A stretch of DNA of 64,000 nucleotides from Phallusia mammillata. Taxonomy: Eukaryota. Within the stretch, counting starts at the first letter, position 1; each line of letters opens with the position of its first letter. The DNA lies in the NCBI GenBank assembly GCA_965637545.1, contig OZ281497.1:20274001-20338000 (forward strand), in the 5' to 3' direction. The position numbers and the translations under genes were made by a program. Below are positions 55,810 to 64,000 of this stretch, piece by piece. The notes below the pieces were generated by a model. The model saw nothing but the letters and a program-made list of their open reading frames with translations, did not search any database and was not told where the DNA came from.

Positions 55810-56103
55810 TTTGGGGGTAAAAAAATCGAAGAAAAATCCCGTATTCGGTGGGTTTTCGCAGGAATATAGAGGTTTCAAACCGGTTATGACCGGTTTCTGC
55901 CTCCTGTCGAACCCCCAAGCCGGTTGTTTCCACCCGATTTTCGAAAAAATCCTAAGGCCGTAGCCTTTCCGTTTTTTCGATTTTGGGCGGTCAAAAAATC
56001 GAAGAAAAATACGGATTCGGTGGGTTTTCGCTGGAATATTCCGGTTTCAAACCGGTTATGACCGGTTTCTGCCTCTTGTCAAACACCAAAACAGGTTTAA
56101 ACC
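55810..56103. repeat. Palindrome-rich satellite (~170-195-bp units, AAACCGGTTATGACCGGTTTCTGCC...); continues at 60117-60600; shorter copies at ~53870-54030, ~62980-63020, ~63770-63900
   Basis: Unit core at 55878, 56049, about 60224 and 60421; the array is split by the LTR element. Confidence 0.85.
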
Positions 56104-59100
56104 TGTCATGAACGCACACACGTTTAAGCGGTTACCTGTATTGACTGCCACGTTTAAGACGCGGTACACGGTTATATACGAAACGTGACGTCATAACTCA
56201 GGGACGACATCTAGCGGTAAATACATACATCACAACTTCCCTTCGTTTAAATTGAACTTAACTGACGTCTCGAAGGGTAAGGATTCACAATAACATTCAA
56301 TGGACGTAAATGAACACGATTACGCCGATATAATACACCATCACTAGTTTTTACAAGATAAGAGCGATGAGATAACTGTTTTTCTATAGTTCCCTGTTGA
56401 TCCCATAGTTTGTTTTGGGTATTGTAAATTTTTACAGGAGTGTTCACTTGTAATTGCAGCATGTTTCTTGTTCCCCTGTCATAATACTTCTTTTGTTGTT
56501 TTCTTTCTTTTCCAAACGGACGGCAAGTTGAACTTTTTAACTTTTCGATATCCAGGGGCATCGTGTGTCTGATTTGCCGATCCATGAGAAGCTGTGCAGG
56601 CGATTTTCCGCAAAGGAGAGGAGCACTCCTAAATATTAACAAACTTTTGTTAAAATCCTGTACACTGGCGTGAGCTTTTTTAAGTAGTTGCTTCGTTGTC
56701 TGGACACTCCTCTCAGCCAGTCCGTTAGATCGTGGATAATGTGGACTCGAGGTTAAATGAAGAAAGCCCCATTCCTCGGCGAATTTTGCAAACTCCTCAC
56801 TAGAAAACTGAGGACCGTTATCACTGATAACAGTTTCGGGAATTCCAAACCTGGAAAAAATAGTTTTCAAACCACTTATAACAGACGCCGCAGAAGTTGT
56901 AGTCAACGGGGTTACTTCTGGATATCCGGAGTAGTAGTCCACTGTTACCAAAAACATTTTTCGGTTCCAATAGAACAGGTCAGTTGCCACTTTCTGAAAC
57001 GGATAAGAAGGAGCTTGGTGAGGTTCTAACGGTTGGCGTTGTTGCTGTGACCTGAATTTTGCACAAATGGCACAGGAAGAAACCAAACCAGATATGTCGT
57101 TGGATAACCCAGGCCAATATATACTTTCCCGAGCTCGTCCTTTGCATTTTACTTCACCCAAATGGCCTTCATGCACACGTTCTAAAAAATAACTGCGCAT
57201 AGACATTGGAACAACTATTCGAGATCCACGAAACAAAATACCGTCAACAACAGAAAGTTCATTTTTGACATCCCAAAAGGGTTTTGCTAAAACAGGACAA
57301 GCACGCTTATGTAAAGGCCAACCATTATTTACAAGACGCGTCACAATTTGCAACTGTTCGTCACATATGGTTTTACTTTGTAACTTTTGTTTAACTAATG
57401 GCATACAAGCAATAGCGGATACAATTAGATCTACATATTCACATACACTATGACAAGAAAGCGATTGAACGGACACACTGTTCTCCACACATCTTGATAA
57501 CAAATCAGCTGTGTGCATGAATTTACCTGGAGTAAACTCTGCGGTGAAATGAAATCTTTGCAACCGGATCATTAGACGTTGAATGCGCAACGGACAGTTA
57601 TTTAACTCCTTGAGAAACAACGCTATGAGAGGTTTGTGATCAGTTTCTACCACAAACTTCTGACCATAAACATACTGATAAAATCTTTCACATGCAAAGG
57701 TGATAGCAAGCAATTCTTTTTCAATTTGTGCATACCTTGTTTCAGCGGTTGTTAAAGCTCTTGCCGCATAAGCCACTGGCTGCCACATGTTGTCATGCTG
57801 TTGCAAAATTACAGCTCCAAGTCCATGTTTAGATGCGTCTGCCGAAATTTTGATCGATTTCTTGGGGTCGAAAAACCGAAGTACTGGGGCAGTTGTGACC
57901 AGCCGTTTTAAATTCCTCCATTCCATTTCGTGTGCTTGCGTCCACTCCCAGTTGCTCCGTTTATGCAATAACAAACGCAAAGAAGATGTTTTAGTAGACA
58001 AGTCGGAAATGAAACGACCTAGGTACGTGACCATTCCCAAAAATTTCAGCAAGTCACCCTTAGACTGAGGACGCTTTAGTTGCTCTATTGCATGAACTTT
58101 ATTTGGATCAGGTTGAACACCTGAAGCACTAACAACTTCACCAAGAAAAGTAATCTTGTCTACACCGAACACACATTTTTCCTTATTGAGTTTCAGATTA
58201 TTGCGTTGCAAAACCGTTAACACATTTTTAAGCCTCATGTCATGTTCCTGCTTAGTTGAACCCCAAACCACAATATCGTCCATAGAGGTAACAACGCCGT
58301 TCATGTGTTCAAACATCATGTACACCAACTTGTGAAACACTTCTGGCGCAGAACAAATGCCGAACGGCATGCGCAAAAATCTATACCGTCCAAACGGAGT
58401 GTTAAACGTACAAAGCTTAGAACTATCTTCATCCAACTTTACTTGCCAAAACCCAGACAAAGCGTCGAGTTTAGAAAATACTTTAGCATTTGAAAATTGA
58501 CTAATAATTTCTTCTCTAGTCGGAAGACAGAAATGCTCACGCAAAATTGCTTTGTTTAAATCTCGCGGATCTAAGCAAACTCTTAGTTTTCCGTTTTTCT
58601 TTTCTACTATTACAAGAGAGTTCACCCACTTAGTTGGTTCTTCTATTCTTTTGATTACTTGCATGCTTTCCATTCTTTGTAGCTCCTGTTGTAGTTTGTT
58701 TTTAAGTGCAAATGGAATTTTTCTGCTGGGACGGACTACGGGACAAACTCTGCTATCGGTCTTTATTCGGTGACAACCTGGAACACAACCCAACCCTTGA
58801 AATAAATCTGAAAAGCTGGACAGAAAATTTTGTTCGTCACTGACAATAGGTTCCAGTCTATTTATTAGGCCAAGAGTTACTGCTCCATTTAATCCTATAA
58901 TAGGCAATGCATTAATCTCCACAACAACAAATGGTAGAGTAAATGATTGCTCTCTGTATTGAAGTGTTAAACTAATTGTCCCACAAACTGGAATATGGTG
59001 GCCAGTATATGAGATCAATCGAATATTAGTAGAAGAAACATATGGACGTTCCTGAAGTTTTTGAAAATCATTCCGTGACAAAATATTAACTTGGGCTCCC

Positions 59101-60116
59101 GTATCTATCTTAAAACGAAGTGTACATGAAAGCACAAAAATGTCAACAAGCCAATCTTTTGGTGAACTAGTAGTACTTACAGATTGCATGTTGTACGTCT
59201 GAATTGTATCCGCGCGTTGCGCTTGCGGGTGATTAGCTGCACTGCAACATCGAGCGAAGTGGTTTCTTCCACCACACTTCAAGCATCGCCTTCCCCAGGC
59301 AGGACACGCTCTGACGTCATGTCGCAAGGCACAAAATCTGCAAACTCGAGGCGCTGGTAATTGATTACCACGTGGTTCGCGTTGAACAGCATCCAAGCTA
59401 AAACTTTTAGAATTTGTTGATCGAAACATTGTCATTTGCGATCTTACTGTTTCGTTTGTTATGCACATTTTAATAGCTTTTTCAAGCGTTAGTTCCACTT
59501 CCCGCAGCAAACTTTGACGAAGTTGATCACACTTGATACCAATAATAATTTTGTCTCGGATTAATGAGTCGCAAAGTTCACCGAAATCACAGCTTTTAGA
59601 CAGTTTTTTTAAATCGGTTATAAAAACATCTATTCTTTCACCATCATTTTGATTTCTAGAAAAAAACCTGTATCGCTCGCTGGTGATATTCTTCCTCGGA
59701 CAACAGTAGCTTTCGAAGGCATTGACCACAGTTTCAAAGTGCATTTCTTGTCCTTCTTCAAATTTAAATGTTGAGTGGATGGTTTGACCTTGCTCTCCCA
59801 ACACGTGGAGCAACATAGATGTTTTAACTTTTGCAGCCTTTCCGTCATAACCAACAGCTGTCAAATAAAGCCTAAATCCCCTAATAAACTTAACCCAGTT
59901 TTGTGACACATTGCCACTCCATTGCATAGCTTCCGGCAGTGAGAACGAACCTTCCATTTTATTTGAAAAACCACTTCTGACACCATGTCATGAACGCACA
60001 CACGTTTAAGCGGTTACCTGTATTGACTGCCACGTTTAAGACGCGGTACACGGTTATATACGAAACGTGACGTCATAACTCAGGGACGACATCTAGCGGT
60101 AAATACATACATCACA
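56104..60116 (-). mobile_element. Full-length Ty3/Gypsy LTR retrotransposon (Mag-like), 4013 bp
   Basis: Identical 131-bp LTRs at 56104-56234 and 59986-60116 with TG...CA ends. 5-bp TSD AAACC (56099-56103; 60117-60121). PBS TGGTGTCAGAAGTGG (59985-59971), complementary to a tRNA-Leu 3' end. Purine tract AAACGAAGGGAAG next to the 3' LTR. Confidence 0.97.
56247..59957 (-). CDS. Gag-Pol polyprotein (2 zinc knuckles, protease, RT, RNase H, integrase), 1236 aa
   Basis: CRFCALRHDVRAC and CLKCGGRNHFARC knuckles; KIDTGAQVNIL protease; LDALSGFWQV and TSMDDIVVWG RT; ADASKHGLGAV RNase H; HEGHLG...CAIC, ATDLF, SDNGPQF, NGLAERSV integrase. PR-RT-RH-IN order is Gypsy-type. Confidence 0.97.
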   Translation of the reverse strand: MEGSFSLPEAMQWSGNVSQNWVKFIRGFRLYLTAVGYDGKAAKVKTSMLLHVLGEQGQTIHSTFKFEEGQEMHFETVVNAFESYCCPRKNITSERYRFFSRNQNDGERIDVFITDLKKLSKSCDFGELCDSLIRDKIIIGIKCDQLRQSLLREVELTLEKAIKMCITNETVRSQMTMFRSTNSKSFSLDAVQREPRGNQLPAPRVCRFCALRHDVRACPAWGRRCLKCGGRNHFARCCSAANHPQAQRADTIQTYNMQSVSTTSSPKDWLVDIFVLSCTLRFKIDTGAQVNILSRNDFQKLQERPYVSSTNIRLISYTGHHIPVCGTISLTLQYREQSFTLPFVVVEINALPIIGLNGAVTLGLINRLEPIVSDEQNFLSSFSDLFQGLGCVPGCHRIKTDSRVCPVVRPSRKIPFALKNKLQQELQRMESMQVIKRIEEPTKWVNSLVIVEKKNGKLRVCLDPRDLNKAILREHFCLPTREEIISQFSNAKVFSKLDALSGFWQVKLDEDSSKLCTFNTPFGRYRFLRMPFGICSAPEVFHKLVYMMFEHMNGVVTSMDDIVVWGSTKQEHDMRLKNVLTVLQRNNLKLNKEKCVFGVDKITFLGEVVSASGVQPDPNKVHAIEQLKRPQSKGDLLKFLGMVTYLGRFISDLSTKTSSLRLLLHKRSNWEWTQAHEMEWRNLKRLVTTAPVLRFFDPKKSIKISADASKHGLGAVILQQHDNMWQPVAYAARALTTAETRYAQIEKELLAITFACERFYQYVYGQKFVVETDHKPLIALFLKELNNCPLRIQRLMIRLQRFHFTAEFTPGKFMHTADLLSRCVENSVSVQSLSCHSVCEYVDLIVSAIACMPLVKQKLQSKTICDEQLQIVTRLVNNGWPLHKRACPVLAKPFWDVKNELSVVDGILFRGSRIVVPMSMRSYFLERVHEGHLGEVKCKGRARESIYWPGLSNDISGLVSSCAICAKFRSQQQRQPLEPHQAPSYPFQKVATDLFYWNRKMFLVTVDYYSGYPEVTPLTTTSAASVISGLKTIFSRFGIPETVISDNGPQFSSEEFAKFAEEWGFLHLTSSPHYPRSNGLAERSVQTTKQLLKKAHASVQDFNKSLLIFRSAPLLCGKSPAQLLMDRQIRHTMPLDIEKLKSSTCRPFGKERKQQKKYYDRGTRNMLQLQVNTPVKIYNTQNKLWDQQGTIEKQLSHRSYLVKTSDGVLYRRNRVHLRPLNVIVNPYPSRRQLSSI

Positions 60117-60608
60117 AAACCGGTTTCCAAAATCGAAAATTTCGATCCGATTTTCGAAAAAAACCTAAGGCTATCGAAGAAAAATGCGGTTTTCGGAGGG
60201 TTTTCGCGGGAATATTCCGGTTTCAAGCCGGTTATGACCGGTTTCTTTCTCCAGCCGAACTCCCAAACCGGTTCAAACTGGTTTTCAAAATCGAAAATTT
60301 CCACCCGATTTTCGAAAAAACTTTAAGGTTATAGCCTTTCCGTTTTTTCGATTGTGGGGAGTCGAAAAATCGAAGAAAAATCCGGTTTTCGGTGGGTTTT
60401 CGCGAGAATATACCGTATTCAAACCGGTTATGACCGGTTTCTGCCTCCTGCCGAACCCCCAAACCGGTTCAAACCGGTTTTCAAAATCGAAAATGTTTAC
60501 CCGATTTAAACCGGTTTTCAAAATCGAAAATTTTGATCCGATTTTCGAAAAAAACCTAAGGTTTTTTTTTTTTTTTTTTTTTCGATTTTGGGGGGTCAAA
60601 AAATCGAT

Positions 60609-60905
60609 GACGGGGAAAGTAAGATATCGTGGGCGAAAAATCTTTTGAATGAACTTATTGTTAGATTTGAGTACTGACCCCGAAACGTCAACCATGGCTG
60701 GTCATGACTAACAAGGAAGGGGGTAGTTTACTTCCCCCACCTCCAACCCCACCCCTTACTCCAGGGCTTCCAGATAAGTTTGTCAGCAAAGAAAAGAAAC
60801 AAGAATTCGCGAAAAATTGAACATGTTTCACGAAATGGCACTGCGCTGCAGGGGTCATGGGTCAAACGTTAAAAGTCATCCAACCTTTGATCCCAGTACC
60901 AATTT
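60609..60905 (+). pseudogene. Degraded copy of the 3' part of the FN3-TG receptor's last exon
   Basis: Homologous to about 36682-37001 (CCACCTCCAACCCCACCCCTTACTCC, AACATGTTTCACGAAATGGC, GGGGTCATGGGTCAAACGTT, ACCAATTTG) with stops and indels. Confidence 0.9.
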
Positions 60906-61418
60906 GCAAAACCTGTGCTGCGGGTCGCTTTGTATTTGGTATGGACGCGATGAAAGGCTATGCAGTAGCATATATCTACGTGCAGATCTTGAATTCGTGA
61001 AGAATAAAACCGAAACCTGGATTTTGCTCCTTGTAGAAAGACAAAACGAAATTAGCCTATTTGTTTAAATTATTTTATGTGACCCAGGAAACACTGAATA
61101 TTTTATCATCACTGGCGCAATATGATGCTATTTTCACAATATGAAATTTCGAATGACAACGTCTCTGAAAAATATTGACGTTAGTAAACTTGGAATAATA
61201 GTCCAACACCTGCCTTTTAAATTGCAACACAAAGACCCTTTATGAGCTTAATGGCATTAGTACATTATTATGCCGAATCTACGCATGTTTGCATGTTTGC
61301 ATTTTTCTGTCGACTGTCGCTTGACTTTCAACAACAAAACAAAAAAACAAAATGAATATTATTAGTGCGTTGTTTTATTTCTTCCCTCTGCGCTGCATTT
61401 TAGTTGCAATCTTTAATT

Positions 61419-62027
61419 TTATTCGTTCTCTCCGCCGGTTCCCGGTCTCTCTGAAAAATTATTCTCGTCAATTGCTCCTCCATCATTAGACCCAATTCCA
61501 CCGACGGGTTGGGCACCATCATCGGAATCTGCGGCAGAAACTATTTTACTCACACAATGTATTTGCATGTAAAAAATGACTCTCAATTAAAAGAAATCAT
61601 TGTGCTGCTCATTTTGATAGCATTAATGTTTTATATTATGACAATAACAGCGTTTGCAACGTTTATTTAATAAAATGGCCACAAAATGTTTGAAATAAAT
61701 GACATTAGTTTGAAAAACTCCATTTAGGTTTCAAATCCAGCAAATGCACTTTGATCTTTGATCATACATTTATTGACGGATAGTTATACGTAATTATGTA
61801 ACTTTTTGACGTGCAAACGTTGTTTCTTAATTTGGACTTTGCTGACGATATTATTCGAAACACGCAAAATCCAAAATTTCCATGTGTGTGTGAAGCCTAA
61901 ACATTATTAGCATTACGTGAAATCCCAACAAGCAGAATATATTTGTACCATAAACACGTAGTACGGGGTATCTTCCGTCAGTGCCGATCATACAGAGTAC
62001 AGACATCAGCAATAACAGTTTCAACAT
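61419..62027 (-). CDS. Small secreted-peptide gene copy B (2 exons, intact, 62 aa)
   Basis: Exons 62027-61949 and 61528-61419 (G|GTACAA donor, TTTCTGCCGCAG| acceptor, phase 1) encode MLKLLLLMSVLCMIGTDGRYPVLRVYDSDDGAQPVGGIGSNDGGAIDENNFSERPGTGGENE*. Hydrophobic signal peptide; splice sites and exon-2 length (110 nt) are conserved in paralog A. Confidence 0.75.
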
Positions 62028-62430
62028 CTTCTTGTTGCTTTGTATCTTCTTGTCACAAACCAACTACTTTTTAGGGTATGTGATTACACCACGATGGTTT
62101 TCTGCAAGAGTGTTTAAAATGGCAAACGAAAAAAAAGATTGTGTGTTGGCGACGTTAATCACTGCCGTGAATTGTTGAAAGTGTTTACAACAAAAGAGAT
62201 CAGAATTTTTTTTTAATTTTGAAAAGTTGTCTATCTTTGTATGACTTTTTGTGAGCAAACGAAAATGTTTTACGTATTTGATCGTAAAACAAAATAAAAC
62301 AAACAATATTGTATTTCAGACACTAATTACCCAAACTTTAAATATTTTTTGATGATGACAAATATTTTGCGTATGGTACAAAGTAAAACAGTGCAAAAAC
62401 GTTATTACTGTTACCTGCACAGATTGCGAG

Positions 62431-64000
62431 ACACAACAAGTTTTTATCATCAAAGATTCACATGCATCACACGGTGCGACTTTCAATAATGGAAATATAA
62501 AACTGGCTACCTTCCTTTAAAATATTGTCATGACAATGTATGACAAACTGCCGTCAGCAGTTTGCATTAAAACTTCGCTAGCAAATAAGACAGCTTGTAG
62601 CGATCAATATGGCAAATCATTACGTAGGTTTCGCCATGTAAAAATGTTTACACTGTTTGTATGAATGTTTGTACTTTGGTTAATTGACAGTAAAAATAAC
62701 AACTCACAAAAGCCAATACCATTGCGGTTATATTTGCCCCTTGAATAAAGATATATCTCCAACCTTTTTTAAACTATATTTACAACTGATTTACCGAAAT
62801 GATTGAAAAAGATAAATATATACTGAGTTTTAGCTAACAACTCAGTATATTTATCTTTTTCCAATCATTTCGGTAAATCGGTTGTAAAAGACCATTAGCA
62901 TAAGTGAGAGCAAGCGTTTTTAAGTTGTAATACATTTGCAAATTATTTTCATGCAGAATGCAGAAATGAAACACCGATTTCTGCCCCCTACCGAACCCCC
63001 AAACAGGTTTAAACCGGATTTTGAAGCAACAAATTTACCTGCTCAGAATTGCGAAGGTGTAGACACAACAAGTTTTTATCATCAAAGATTAATTATCAAT
63101 GCGCTTCATATGCATCACACGGTGCCGCTTTTAATAATGAAAAAGGAAACTTGCTAACTTCCTTAAAAACTTGTGATAACAATGTACCTCAAAGTGCCCG
63201 TCAGCAGTTGCATTCAGAACTTTATTAACAAACAACACAACTTGTAGCGATCAATATGGCAAACCATTACAGAGCTATAGCCAAATAAAACATGTTTTCA
63301 CTTTTTGCATATAACGCATTGGTTAATTGCAAGTGAACGAATCGCAGAACCGCAACACACAAAAGCCAATGTTTTTGCGGTAATATTCGTTCCTTGAATA
63401 AAGATATAACTCTTTTTGAATTATATTTACAACCGATTAACCAATTTTTTGGAACAGGATCAAAATCCTGAGTTGTGGGATAAAATAAGCACTGCATGTC
63501 ATGTGCAATCGGCAATTTCTTTTTTACGACGATTGGCATAAGGGAGAACAAGCGTTTTTATGTTAAAATACATTTACAAATTACTTTCATGCAGAAAGCA
63601 GAAATTAAACGCACAATACCACTTTTTAGTTCTTTTTTTCTTTACAGTGCGCAGACAAAATATGCGTGCGCAAAAACAACTTAATCTTGTGACAAAGTAA
63701 ACGACATTTGCAACAGAATATTTTGCACATTAGAATACGGGGACTGGGTGCCAAGCAGTTTCTCGTTTAACGGTTTTCGGGGTCCTAAATTTAAAAAAAA
63801 TTCGGTTTTGAGTGGGTTTTCGCCGGAATATTCCAGTTTCAAACTAATTTTAGCCGGTTTCTGCCACTCACCGAACCCCCAAATAGATTTACACCAGAAT
63901 CGAAAACAACAAGTTTTCCTGCACATAATTGTGGGGGCGTAGACACAAAAAAATTTAATCATCAAAGATTTTATCAATGCGCTTCATAAGCACGCTTCAT
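62431..64000. repeat. Tandemly repeated upstream module of the peptide gene (units begin at ~62431, ~63063, ~63943)
   Basis: Recurring blocks ACACAACAAGTTTTTATCATCAAAGATT, CATGCATCACACGGTGC, GTCAGCAGTTGCATTCAGAAC, TTGTAGCGATCAATATGGCAAA and CCTTGAATAAAGATATA; also present at about 53640-53851 and 55700-55800. Confidence 0.8.
62779..62888. repeat. 110-bp near-perfect palindrome centred on TTAGCTAA
   Basis: 55-bp arms pair apart from one substitution and a few small indels. Confidence 0.9.

Noticed and set aside
56757-58773. Plus-strand ORFs within the retrotransposon
   Set aside because: Short antisense shadows of gag-pol with no independent features.
49253-60600. Repeat arrays as CRISPR-like structures
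   Set aside because: No unique spacers between identical repeats, no cas genes, and a eukaryotic context; these are minisatellite and satellite DNA.
60080-60695. Overlapping ORFs of 74-136 aa in the satellite
   Set aside because: Products of palindromic satellite units and the degraded exon copy.

Overview
AT-rich eukaryotic DNA with short GT-AG introns (down to about 54 nt). An invertebrate chordate, most plausibly an ascidian, is inferred from gene content and style; the species cannot be proven from sequence. Left half, conserved genes on +: MAP2K4/MKK4 (723-4140, 6 coding exons, about 466 aa) and one Mi-2/CHD3/4/5 remodeler (8236-28214, about 41 exons). Right half, an accessory region. 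(1) A 21-exon, ~1280-aa type I membrane protein: signal peptide, Thr-rich stalk, 6 FN3 repeats, an ALK/LTK-type TNF-like/glycine-rich module, TM, and a kinase-less tail (29082-37004). (2) The standout: an 18-exon, ~1088-aa ORF joining a NACHT NTPase and short LRR to an IRE1-type protein kinase and a KEN RNase domain (39126-48068), i.e. an NLR whose effector would be a C-terminal kinase-ribonuclease. (3) A tandemly duplicated block (53.2-64 kb) carrying a two-exon small secreted-peptide gene on the minus strand (one intact copy, one frameshifted copy, one remnant), degraded copies of the receptor's last exon, a repeated upstream module and a palindromic satellite. (4) A very compact, intact Ty3/Gypsy element with identical 131-bp LTRs (56104-60116) inserted into that satellite. 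hAT, Tc1/mariner and Helitron-like non-autonomous elements and a tRNA-derived SINE fill introns and intergenic DNA. All gene models were assembled by hand from splice signals and reading-frame continuity; no database search was run.
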